From an uncultured beta proteobacterium (GTDB lineage Bacteria; Pseudomonadota; Gammaproteobacteria; Burkholderiales; Casimicrobiaceae): DNA of 64,000 nucleotides. The notes beneath the pieces were generated by a model, which saw only the letters and a program-made list of their open reading frames with translations, made no database searches and was not told the origin of the DNA. Shown here in pieces: positions 10,880 through 23,625 of the stretch. A program made the translations under genes and the position numbers. The first letter of the stretch is position 1; each line of letters opens with the position of its first letter. Location: contig CAVRVQ010000007.1 in NCBI GenBank assembly GCA_963724685.1, positions 284,668 to 348,667 of the forward strand, read 5' to 3'.

Positions 10880-12222
10880 ATGAAATCACGCCTTTGCTCC
10901 TTCGCCTGGTCCGCTCGCGCTCGGCCTCGCGATGTTCGCCGCGCCCGCGATCGGCGAGGATCTGATGCAGATCTACCGCGAAGCGTTGCGCGCCGATCCC
11001 GCGATCGCCGCGGCCAAGGCAATCGTGGGAGGCAACCCAGGAGAAGGCGCCGCAGGCACGCGCCGGATTGCTGCCCAACGTCAGCGCCACGGCCGGCGGC
11101 TCGCTGTACAACTACGATGCGACGATCAAGTCCGATCCGCGCGAGAACATCAACCGCAATTTCAACCAGTACAACGCGATCGTCTCGGCGTCGCAGCCGA
11201 TCTTCCGCTACCGGAACCTGAAGCTGTACGACCAGGCGAAGCAGCAGGTCACGCAGGCCGACTACGTCCTGAGCTCCGCGCAGCAGGACCTCATCGTCCG
11301 CGTCACGGTCGCGTACTTCGACATCCTGCTCGCCCAGTTCAACATCGAGCTCGCCGAGAGCCAGAAGAAGGCCGTCTTGGAGCAGCTCGCGCAGGCGAAG
11401 CGCAATTTCGAGGTCGGCGTCGCGACGATCACCGACACCAACGAGGCACAGGCGAAGTACGATGCGATCGTGGCGCAGGAGATCACCGTGCGCAACGAGT
11501 ACGACAATCGGGTGACTGCGTTGCGTGCGATCATCGGGCGCTATCCGAAAGACCTGAAGAAGCTGGGTCCGGGGCTCGTGCCTGCGCTGCCGGAGCCCAA
11601 CGTCGCCGATTACTGGGTCGATCGCGCGCTGAAGGAGAATCTGAACGTCCGCATCGCCGAGAGCAATTTCGAGATCGCGAAGCTCGAGGTCGACCGCGCG
11701 CGCGGCGGCCACTACCCCACGGTCGATCTCGTCGGCAGCTATACGGCGCAGGGTGCGAATGCGGCGGTGTCCTCGAGCATCGGCAGCGATCAGCGGACCG
11801 GCGTCATCGGCTTGCAGTTCAACTTGCCGATCTACGAGGGCGGATTCACCGATTCCCGCGTGCGCGAAGCCATCGCGCTGCTGGAGCGGTCGCGGCAGGA
11901 TCTCGAGGGCGCCCGGCGCGCGGCGCTGTTCGCGGCGCAGACGGGATTTTCGGGCGTGAACAGCGCCACGGCGTCGGTGAAGGCGTTCGAGCAGGCGGTC
12001 GTGTCGGCGGAAAGCGCGCTCGCGTCGAACATCCTCGGCCAGGAAGTCGGCATCCGGACGTTTCTCGACGTACTCAACGTGCAGCAGAACGTCTACTCGA
12101 CCCGTCGCGATCTCGCCGATGCCTACTTCAAGTACCTGATCGGCGTGCTGCGTCTCAAGTCTTCGATCGGCAGCCTCACGGAGCAGGACGTCGAGGATCT
12201 CAATCGCCAGCTGAGGGGCTGA
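10880..12222 (+). CDS. tolC: TolC-family outer membrane efflux channel; frame switches near ~10900 and ~11020
   Basis: ATG 10880 (MKSR...), then LALGLAMFAAPAIGEDLMQIYREALRADPAIAAAKA (ORF 10932), then SWEATQEKAPQARAGLLPNVSATAGG and the rest in ORF 11068-12222. Both TolC repeat halves are recognisable. Confidence 0.9.
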
Positions 12223-13521
12223 CCCCGCCACTTCCGGCGCGACCTTCGCGGCGAGGACCGTCTCGATCTGCGGCGCGAGCCACGCGGCGAGGCGGTCCGC
12301 CGCGCCGTGATGCGCGCGGTGAAACACGAGTGCCGCGGCGCACATCGCTTGCCGTCGGGGCGCGTCTCGGAGCAACGCGGCGACGGTCGCGATGAGGGCG
12401 TCGGCGTCCGCGACCTCGATGGCGGCGCCGGCCGCCTGCGCCTTTTCCGCTGCTTCGGCGAAATTGAACATATGCGGACCCATGAGCGTCGGCCGTCCCG
12501 CGCCGATCGGCTCGATCAGGTTCTGCCCGCCGAAAGGCAAGAGGCTGCCGCCGACGAAGGCGACGTCGGCGGCAGCGTAGTAGCCCGCCATCTCGCCCAT
12601 CGAGTCACCAAGCACGACTTCGACGTCGGTCGTCACGGGAGCATTGCCGCTGCGAAGCACGAACGCGATCCCGCGTCGGCGAAGCAATTCGGCCACCTCC
12701 GCGAAGCGCTGCGGATGACGCGGGACGATCACCGTCAGCGTGCCCGCCGGAAGCGCGCCTGCCGCGAGTGCGTCGAGAAGAAGCGTCTCCTCGCCGTCCC
12801 GGGTCGATGCAGCGACCCATACGGGACGCGTCTCGCCGAAGCGCGCCCGGAACTCCCGTCCCAACGTCTCGCCGGCGTCCGACGCGATCGCGTCGAATTT
12901 CAGATTCCCGGTGACGACGGCGGCCGGCGCACCGAGTGCCGCAAGTCGTGCCGCATCGACATCGGTTTGGGCCGCGACGCCGGACAATGCACCGAGCATC
13001 GGTCGCGTGAGAGAGGGAAAGGCGGCGTAGAGCCGCGCGGATCGCGCCGACATTCGCGCATTGACGAGGTAGATCGGCACGCCGGCCTCGTGCGAGAGCG
13101 CGACGAGATTGGGCCACAGTTCGGTTTCCATGAGAAGCCCGACGCACGGATTGAAATGCGCGAGGAATCGCCGTACGGCGAACGGCGCGTCGTACGGCAG
13201 CCATGCCTGCAGCACGCCGTCGCCGAAGAGCGCGCGCCCGGCTTCGCGGCCGGTCGCCGTCATGTGCGTCAGCAACACGGTCGCATCTGGATGCGCGCGG
13301 CGCAGCCGCAGGACGAGTGGCGCCGCGGCGCGGGTTTCGCCGAGCGAGACGGCGTGCACCCAGATGATCCGTGGCGGTGCCGCGCTCCGGTATCGGCCGT
13401 AACGCTCGCCGACGTGCTCGCGATAGCCGGGTTCGCGGCGGCCGCGCCACATGAGGCGCAGCGGCGCGAGCGGCAGCGCCGCGCACCACAGCAGCGAATA
13501 GAGGCCGCGCAGCGGATCCAT
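12223..13521 (-). CDS. waaA: 3-deoxy-D-manno-octulosonic acid (Kdo) transferase WaaA; 3' end unresolved
   Basis: Within the long ORF 10822-14286. Begins MDPLRGLYSLLWCAALPLAPLRLMWRGRREPGYREHVGERYGRY ... IWVHAVSLGETRAAAPLV ... at ATG 13521, which overlaps the waaC stop. No in-frame stop occurs before the frame runs antisense through tolC, so the true C-terminus (near 12190-12260) cannot be fixed. Confidence 0.85.
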
Positions 13522-14521
13522 CAGCAGCGCGGAGCGTGGCGCATCAATTCCGAGGCGGCGCGCAGGACGTCCTCGGGCGTCGGAGGGGTACCGATGCCTC
13601 CGAGGTCGCGCGCCCATGGACCGGCGGGTCCGACGCCGCAGCGCAGCGGGTCGGTCGCCACGAACAGCGAGACGGTGGGCGTGCCGAGCGCCGCGGCGAG
13701 GTGAATGAGTCCGGTGTCGACGCCAACGACGAGCTGGGCGCGTGCGAGCAGTGCGGCGAGCGATGGCAGCGATTGTCGCGGTGGCGATGGAACATGCGCG
13801 TCGGCGACGCCGGCGGCGTAGCGCTCGCTTCGCGCGCGTTCGGCGTCGCTCCCCCAGGGCAGGATGACCGGGAAACCCAAGGCAGCGAACGATTCGACCA
13901 GTCGACGCCAATGGGCGTCGGGCCACAGCTTGTCGGCGCGCGACGTCCCGTGAAAGAGCGCGACGAACGGACGATCCGGCAGCATTCCGGCGGGAGCCGC
14001 CGGCGCCACGAGGCCGAAACGCGGTGGACCCTCGACCCGGTAACCGAGCGCAGCGGCGGCGAGCTCGCGGCAACGCACGATGAAGTGCTGGTTGCGGTCG
14101 ATCGCGTGATGCTCGTCGTGCGCGAGCGTGGCGACGGGCTCGCGGATGCTCGCACGGTCGGGGCCGTGCCGCACGCCGCGCGCCATGCGCGCGATCAGCG
14201 CGCCCTTGACCTGCTCCTGCAGGTCGAGCACGGCCGAGTACTCGTCGCGCCGCAATGCCTGCCGGAACGATGCGAATTCGCGCCACGTCGATGCGGCGAA
14301 GGGGCGATGCCGCCAGCGACGCAACGCGACGGGAACGATGCGCCGGAGGCCCGGATGGAGCTCCAGCAGCGGAACGAATCCAGTCTCGGCGACCCAGTCG
14401 ATCGCGAGCTCGGGACGGTGCGCGCGCAGTCGGCCACGATGGTCAGCGCATGGACGATGTCACCGAGCGACGACGGGCGTACCACGAGCACGGCGTGCTC
14501 GGGAGCGCCCTGCGCGCTCAT
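13521..14521 (-). CDS. waaC: LPS heptosyltransferase I (GT9); one frame switch near 14430
   Basis: MSAQGAPEHAVLVVRPSSLGDIVHAL (ORF 14195-14695, ATG 14521) continues as RAHRPELAIDWVAETGFVPLLELHPGLRRIVPVALRRWRHRPF in ORF 13521-14324. Adjacent to waaA. The waaC versus waaF assignment is by context only. Confidence 0.75.
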
Positions 14522-14612
14522 GTGTCCCCTTGGCGCTGCGCGCCTTCCCTCCGCGAGGGAGCAGGTCGCGCCTCGGGACGGCCCTGTGGCGCCCACGCGG
14601 CCGTCGCCATGT
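14522..14612 (-). repeat. R2 repeat copy a (start-codon-abutting GC-rich structured repeat), upstream of waaC
   Basis: In gene orientation: ...GGGCCGTCCCGAGGCGCGACCTGCTCCCTCGCGGAGGGAAGGCGCGCAGCGCCAAGGGGACAC followed directly by the waaC ATG. Aligns with the copies at 16846, 31944 and 54231. Confidence 0.7.
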
Positions 14613-14763
14613 CCCGGCTCGGGAGCGAAAGTTCCGGCGAATCCCCGTAGAATGCGCGCATGTTCGGCCTTTGTCGCGATGATACCGTGGAACACGACGC
14701 CGGGCGCCGCAACGGGTGTCCGCGATGGCGTGCCTCGAAGCGCGATGCCCGGCCGGATGGCGC

Positions 14764-15755
14764 ATGAGCATCGCGCTCGGCGCGCCTGTCCTCGTGACCG
14801 GCTGCGCGGGATTCATCGGCATGCATGCGGCGCTCGCGCTCCTCGCTCAGGGCAGACGCGTGACCGGCGTCGACAACCTCGACCCCTACTACGACGTCAC
14901 GCTGAAGGAAGCGCGGCTCGCTCGCCTCGTCGCGCACGGCGGTTTCCGGTTCGCGCGAATGGATCTCGCCGACGCCGATGCCACGGGCGCCCTGTTCGAA
15001 GACTGCGCTTTCGGGCAGGTCGTCCATCTCGCGGCGCAGCCGGGCGTGCGCCATTCGCTCGTCAATCCCGGTGCGTACTTCACCAACAACCTGACGGCGT
15101 TCGGCCATGTCATCGAAGGATGCCGTCAGGCGAAGGTCGCGCATCTCGTCTACGCGTCGAGCTCCAGCGTGTATGGCGCGAACCACTCCCTGCCGTTTTC
15201 CGAGGACCAGAACGTCGACCATCCGGTGAGCCTTTACGCCGCGACGAAAAAGGCCAACGAGCTGATCGCCCACAGCTACAGCCACTTGTACCGGCTGCCG
15301 ACGACGGGCCTGCGCTTCTTCACGGTCTACGGGCCGTGGGGCCGGCCCGACATGGCGCCGATGCTGTTCACGAAGGCGATTCTCGCCGGCCATCCGATTC
15401 GCGTGTTCAACGACGGCAACATGCGCCGCGATTTCACGTATGTGGACGACATCGTCGAAGGCATCGTGCGGGTGATGGACAAAGCCGCCCGCTGGCCGAC
15501 GGCGACGCCGCGCCGTACGCGATCTACAACATCGGCAATCACGAAGCCGTCCCGCTGGAGACGTTCATTGCCACGCTCGAGCGGTTGCTCGGCCGGACCG
15601 CGATCCGCGAATATGCGCCGATGCAGCCGGGCGACGTGCAGGCCACGTACGCCGCGATCGATCGCCTCGCGGCCGTCACCGGCTTCGCGCCGCACACGCC
15701 GCTCGCCGACGGCCTCGCACGATTCGTGTCGTGGTACCGGGAGTATTACTCATGA
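14764..15755 (+). CDS. NAD-dependent sugar-nucleotide epimerase (UDP-glucuronate 4-epimerase-like); one frame switch near 15485
   Basis: [21 protein letters not shown] ... YASSSSVYG ... YAATKKANE (Rossmann GxxGxxG and YxxxK) in ORF 14716. The C-terminus [23 protein letters not shown] ... [10 protein letters not shown] lies in the frame ending at 15755. Confidence 0.8.
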
Positions 15756-15783
15756 TTTCACCGAAACCGGCTTTGGACAATTC

Positions 15784-16845
15784 ATGATTCTCGTTACTGG
15801 CGGGGCCGGTTTTATCGGCGCCAACTTCGTGCTCGACTGGCTGGAGAAGGTGGCCGAGCCCGTCGTCAACCTCGACAAGCTCACCTACGCCGGCAACCTC
15901 GGCAGCCTCGCCGAGCTTCGCGGCGACGCGCGACACCTTTTCGTTCGCGGCGACATCGGCGACCGCGCCCAGGTCGATGCGCTGCTCGCGCAGCATCGGC
16001 CGCGCGCGATCGTCAACTTCGCGGCGGAGAGCCACGTCGACCGGTCGATCCACGGCCCGGCGGCGTTCGTCGACACCAACGTGGTGGGCACGTTCCATCT
16101 GCTCGAGGCGGCCCGATCCCATTGGGCTGCGTTGCCGAAGGAGGAAGGTCGGGCCTTCCGCTTTCTGCATGTCTCGACCGACGAGGTGTACGGATCGCTC
16201 GGCCCGGAGCGATCATCCTTTCACCGAGACGTAGCGCCTATGCGCCGAACAGCCCGTACTCGGCGTCGAAGGCGGCGGCCGACCACCTGGTGCGCGCCTA
16301 CCATCACACGTACGGGCTGCCCACGCTCACGACCAATTGCTCGAACAATTACGGCCCGCGCCAGTTTCCGGAAAAGCTGATTCCGCTCATGATCGTCAAC
16401 GCCATCGCCGGCAAGGCCATGCCGGTGTACGGTGACGGGCGCAACGTGCGCGACTGGCTCTACGTCGGCGACCATTGCGCGGCGATTCGCGCGGTGCTGG
16501 CGGGAGGAGCCCCGGGCGCGACGTACAATGTCGGCGGCAATGCGGAGATGACCAATCTCGACGTCGATCGGCACGATCTGCCGCATACTGGGGGAGCTCG
16601 CGCCGGGTCGCGATTACGCGAGCCTCGTGACGTTCGTCAAGGACCGGCCCGGACACGATCGTCGCTACGCGATCGACGCCGCCATGATTCGCCGTGACCT
16701 TGGCTGGACGCCTGCGGAAACTTTCGAAAGCGGAATGCGCAGGACCACGCGGTGGTATCTCGACAACGACGCCTGGCTTGCGGCCGTGACGAGCGGCGAA
16801 TATCACCAATGGATATCGCTCAACTACGCCGACGGGACCGCATGA
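15784..16845 (+). CDS. rfbB: dTDP-glucose 4,6-dehydratase; frame switches near 16205, 16235, 16565
   Basis: [16 protein letters not shown] ... [13 protein letters not shown]; then DHPFTET; then [28 protein letters not shown] ... NVGGN; then [11 protein letters not shown] ... [12 protein letters not shown] ... spread over four frames. Confidence 0.9.
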
Positions 16846-16945
16846 TCGCCAACGGGGTGAGCGCCGCCGGGCCGTCCCGCGGCGCGAACAGCTCCCCGTC
16901 GGGGGCCAGCGCAGCGGCGCGAGCCGCAAGCGTGGGGGCACACCA
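16846..16945 (+). repeat. R2 repeat copy b (diverged), between the rfbB stop and the rfbA ATG
   Basis: ...GTGAGCGCCGCCGGGCCGTCCCGCGGCGCGAACAGCTCCCCGTCGGGGGCCAGCGCAGCGGCGCGAGCCGCAAGCGTGGGGGCACACCA followed by the rfbA ATG. It shares the 5' module with copy a and the hairpin architecture with copies a and c. Confidence 0.6.
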
Positions 16946-17831
16946 ATGATGCGCAAGGGAATCATCCTGGCGGGCGGCTCCGGCACGCGGCTCTATCCGG
17001 TCACGCACGCCGTGTCGAAGCAGCTCCTGCCGGTGTACGACAAGCCGATGATCTACTACCCGCTGACGACGCTGATGCTGGCGGGCATCCGCGACATTCT
17101 CCTGATCTCGACACCGGAGGACACGCCGCGCTTCCAGCAGCTCCTCGGCGACGGCGCGCAGTGGGGTCTCTCGCTTTCCTACGCGGTGCAGCCCGCGCCG
17201 GAGGGCCTCGCCCAGGCGTTCATCATCGGCCGCAGGTTTCGTCGGCCGCGACGCCTCCGCGCTGGTGCTGGGCGACAACATCTTCTACGGCCACGACTTT
17301 TCGGTCCAGCTCCGGCGCGCGGGTGCGCGCACCGACGGCGCGACGGTGTTCGCCTATCCGGTCGCCGATCCCGAGCGCTACGGCGTGGCGGAGCTCGATG
17401 CGACGGGCCGTGTGGTGAGCCTCGAGGAGAAGCCGAAGCAGCCGAAGTCGCGTTACGCGGTCACGGGACTCTATTTCTACGACAATCGCGTTCTCGACAT
17501 CGCGGCGAATCTCGCGCCCTCGGCGCGCGGCGAGCTCGAGATCACCGACGTCAACAAGGTGTACCTCGCACGCGGCGCGCTCGGCTGCGAAGTGATGGGC
17601 CGCGGCATGGCCTGGCTCGACACGGGCACGCACGAATCGCTGCTCGAGGCCGGCCAGTACATCGCGACGATCGAGCGGCGGCAGGGGCTCAAGATCGCGT
17701 GTCCCGAGGAGATCGCGTTTCGCCTGGGCTACATCGACGCGGCCAGCGTCGAGCGGCTCGGCCAGGCGATGGCGAAGAACGGCTACGGCCAGTACCTTCT
17801 CGCGCTCTTGCGCGAGCCGAACATCCGATGA
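16946..17831 (+). CDS. rfbA: Glucose-1-phosphate thymidylyltransferase; frame switch near 17236
   Basis: [40 protein letters not shown] (ORF 16946) joins [11 protein letters not shown] ... [19 protein letters not shown] ... (ORF 17265-17831). Confidence 0.92.
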
Positions 17832-18371
17832 AGGTCACGTCGACGGCGCTTGCCGGCGTCATGGTCGTCGAGCCGCGCACCTTCGGCGACGAGCGCGGTT
17901 TTTTCCTCGAGAGCTGGAACGCCCGCGATTTCGACGCCGCCGGGCTGCCGCGACCTTCGTGCAGGACAATCATTCGGGCTCGCGGCGCGGCGTTCTGCGC
18001 GGCCTCCACTACCAGGTGCAGCACGCGCAGGGCAAGCTCGTGCGGGTCGCGGTGGGCGAAGTCCACGACGTCGTCGTCGATCTGCGCCGAAGCTCGCCGA
18101 CCTTCGGCCGTTCGGTCGGCAGTTGCGCTGTCGGCGCAGAACCGGCGGATGCTGTGGGTGCCGCCGGGCTTCGCGCACGGCTTCCTCACCGTCTCCGAGC
18201 ATGCGGATTTCCTCTACAAGACGACCGACTACTGGTATCCGGAACACGAGCGCACGCTGCTCTGGAACGACCCCGCACTCGGCATCGCCTGGCCGCTCGC
18301 CGGCGAGCCGATCCTCGACGCCGAAGGACGCCGCGGGCACGCCGCTCGCGGCGGCCGAAGTCTACCCGTAG
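17828..18371 (+). CDS. rfbC: dTDP-4-dehydrorhamnose 3,5-epimerase; frame switches near 17955, 18115, 18315
   Basis: [31 protein letters not shown]; then [18 protein letters not shown] ... [19 protein letters not shown]; then [29 protein letters not shown]; then the tail ending at 18371. ATGA overlap with rfbA. Confidence 0.9.
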
Positions 18372-18386
18372 CGGCGCCACCGACCG

Positions 18387-19266
18387 ATGCCGCGCCCGAA
18401 GATCCTCGTGACCGGTGCCGACGGCCAGATCGGCTTCGAGCTCTCGCGGCTGCTGGCGCCGGTAGGCGACGTCGTCGCCGCCGATCGGACGATGCTGGAC
18501 CTGTCCGATCCCGACGCGATCGTCGCGCTCGTGCGGCGCGAGGAGCCCGCGCTGATCGTGAATGCCGGCGCGTACACGGCCGTCGATCGCGCGGAGTCGG
18601 AACCCGAGCGGCGCGCGCGGTCAACGGCGTCGCGCCGGGCATCCTCGCCGAAGAGGCGAAGCGCGCGTCCGCGGTGCTCATTCATTTTTCCACGGACTAC
18701 GTGTTCGACGGGACGCGCACCACACCGTATCCGGAAGACGCGCCGCCAGCGCCGCTCAACGTGTACGGGGCGAGCAAGCTCGAGGGCGAGCGCGCGATCG
18801 CCGCCGTCGGCGCGCATGCGCTCGTGCTGCGCACGAGCTGGGTGTACGGACTGCGCGGCCGGAATTTCCTGTTGACGATCCGAAGGCTCGCGACCGAGCG
18901 CGACGAGCTCACCGTCGTGGCCGACCAGATCGGCGTTCCGAACTGGAGCCGCGCGCTCGCGGCAGCGACGGTCGCGCATCGTCGGCGCCGGATTGCCGGC
19001 GCTGGCGGAGCGGTCAGGCTTGTATCACCTGTCGTGCTCCGGGGCGAGGCGAGCTGGTACGACTTCGCGCGGGCGATCCTGGGCGATGCGCCCCGACCGC
19101 GCGTCGTGCCCATCGCGACAGCCGACTATCCCACGCCGGCGCGCCGGCCGGCGTACGGCGTGCTCGCGACCGCTCGCTTCGAGCGGACGTTCGGTTTCGC
19201 GCTGCCGCACTGGCGCGCGGCGCTCGCGGATTGCATGGCGAGTCCCGGTGGCGCCGCCGGCATTGA
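18387..19266 (+). CDS. rfbD: dTDP-4-dehydrorhamnose reductase; several frame switches (~18600, ~18975, ~19040); 3' end uncertain
   Basis: [19 protein letters not shown] ... [18 protein letters not shown]; then [31 protein letters not shown] ... [11 protein letters not shown]; then [16 protein letters not shown]; then [11 protein letters not shown]. Possible stops at 19266, 19373 or 19426. 19266 was chosen because the convergent gene ends at 19309. Confidence 0.85.
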
Positions 19267-19308
19267 CCGGCAGCCGCCGTCGCGCGCTGGGCGCGGCGCG
19301 CGGCAATT

Positions 19309-20165
19309 TCAGAACGCGAACGAAACTTCGACGTCGGTCCCCACGGACAACGCGCGCCCTTCGCCGGCGATGACGATCGCATTCATGCCGAACGTGACGC
19401 CGCCGAGGCGATCGTCCATGCGGTAGCCGCGCAAGGTGGCGAGCGGCTCCGTGCCGACTTCTGCCGTGGCCTGGTCGGTGGTCGTGATCTGGCAGCGCGT
19501 GCACGGCTTGACGAGCTTCATGGCGATGCCGTCGGCGCTGAGCGATGTCGATGTGGTCCTCGTCGAACGGATCGAGGCCCGCGAGCACGATGTTCGGGCG
19601 GAATCGGTTCATCGGCAGCGCGGGTGAGCCGGCGGCCGCGAGCCGCCCGTTGAGTTCGGTGAGCGAGGATTCCGCGATGACGAGCAGCGGATACCCGTCG
19701 GCGAACGCCGTGTGCGCGCCCGAGTCGCCGGCGTAGACCGGATTGCGACGGCGCTGATGCGCCGGATCGAAGCGGACGAGACGAACGTCGGCGCCGAGGA
19801 CCGCGGACAGCCACGCGGCGGCGGCGTCGCCTGCGTCGTGGGCGGGAACGCGGCTGTTCCAGACCACGACCTCGCGCGTCGCGCCTCCCTGCGGCGCGAC
19901 GGACACCGCGAGCGGCGGCCGGCCCGGCGCGCGAGGACGAGCATGCCGCCCTCGAGGCTCGTGCGATCAGCGCGAGCCGGGGATACTCGCGCTGCGAGAC
20001 GAAGCGCCCGTCCCGGTCGACGATCATCCATTCGCGGTCGCCCGCGCTCCCCGACGGCGTGGTGGCGACCAGCCCGCGCGCGGCCACGCGCACGCGATCC
20101 CGGGAAAACCCGGCGCAGCTCTTGACGGGATAGACGTTGAGCGCGGCGATGCGGGAGCGCGGCAT
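19309..20165 (-). CDS. MOSC domain-containing protein (YcbX-like); about three frame switches
   Basis: N-terminus [20 protein letters not shown] (ORF 19518-20165); middle [26 protein letters not shown] ... [19 protein letters not shown] ... NRFRPNIVL (ORF 19025-19906); C-terminus [20 protein letters not shown] ... (ORF 19309-19521). Confidence 0.8.
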
Positions 20166-20232
20166 TGCGAGGGCGATCCGGGTCCGGCGCGCGAATCGGG
20201 TGCTGCGGGCCGCCGCGCTGGCGGCGAAGGGT

Positions 20233-20882
20233 CTACCGCAGCCCCGACGCGTACTCGGCGACGGCCTTCATCTGCGCGTCGCTCATCCTGGCGGCGACCG
20301 TGACCATGATCATGCCGTTCGTGTCCTTGCCGTCCTTGTCGGCGCCGCGCTCGCCGGCCTTGAACGCCTTCAACTGCGCGTAGGTGTATTCGGCGTACTG
20401 TCCGGCGAGGCGCGGATAATTCTTGGCGACACCCGCGCCGTTCGGCGCGTGACAGGCCGCACATGCCGGAATCCCCGGCGGCGGCATCGCCGCCGCGATA
20501 GAGCTTCTGTCCCGCCGTGACGAGCGCCGCATCCTTCGCGGCCTGCCCCTTGGGCTGCTGGCGCGAGAAGTAGACGCCAAGCGCCTTCATCTCGTCGGGT
20601 TGCAGCGTTGCCGCCATCGCCTGCATGACGGGATTCACGCGAAGGCCCGACTTGAAGTGCGCGAGTTGCAGGGTGATATACTCGGCGGGCTGTCCTGCGA
20701 TGGCTCGGATTCGCGGAAATCGCGCTGTTGCCGTCGGCGCCATGGCAGGCCGCACAAACCTCTTTGGCGATGGTCTGGGCGCGAGCGAGATCGGGCCCTC
20801 CGGCCGGCGTCTGCGCCGATACCGGTGTGGCAAGCGCCACCAACGTGCCGGCAACCGCCGCCAGCAGCAAAATGCGTCTCAT
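20233..20882 (-). CDS. Dihaem cytochrome c4; two frame switches (~20700, ~20470)
   Basis: Signal peptide MRRILLLAAVAGTLVALATPVSA. First CAACHGADGNS motif in ORF 20370-20966. Linker GQPAEYITLQLAHFKSG ... in ORF 20024-20854. Second CAACHAPNGAG motif in ORF 20233-20580. Confidence 0.85.
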
Positions 20883-21043
20883 CGGGTGACTCCTCGAAGG
20901 CAGCGGCAGGCATCCCGGCGGTGACTCCGGTTCCTTCGCCCGCACGATGCCGATCCAATGGTGCAAAAACGACGCATTGTAACGGAATCGCCGAGGCCGG
21001 CCAAAGCCCGGTCGCGATTCGACGATCGGCGGGACCGCGAATC

Positions 21044-23487
<2,444 letters not shown>

Positions 23488-23518
23488 GGATTAGTGCGCG
23501 GGGCGCGCGTGGGGTTCG

Positions 23519-23591
23519 TTCGGCACCCCGGACGTCCGAGGCGCACCGTGCGCCCCCTCGGGGGCAGCGAACGTAGCGAGCGTGAGGGCCG
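23519..23591 (-). repeat. R1 repeat copy a (REP-like), between the mrcA stop and the hypothetical gene start
   Basis: The reverse complement reads GGCCCTCACGCTCGCTACGTTCGCTGCCCCCGAGGGGGCGCACGGTGCGCCTCGGACGTCCGGGGTGCCGAA. It aligns along its length with the copies at 57376 and 61286. Confidence 0.7.
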
Positions 23592-23625
23592 TGCAACGCG
23601 TCTGTGCCCATAGTGTGAGCCGGCC

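Noticed and set aside
10822-14286. 1154-aa minus-strand ORF, the longest uninterrupted ORF of this region
   Set aside because: Only its middle third (12223-13521) is a real gene (waaA). The remainder is stop-free antisense of tolC and out-of-frame overlap of waaC. This is expected in very GC-rich DNA. The translated flanks are Arg/Ala/Pro-rich low-complexity sequence with no recognisable domain.
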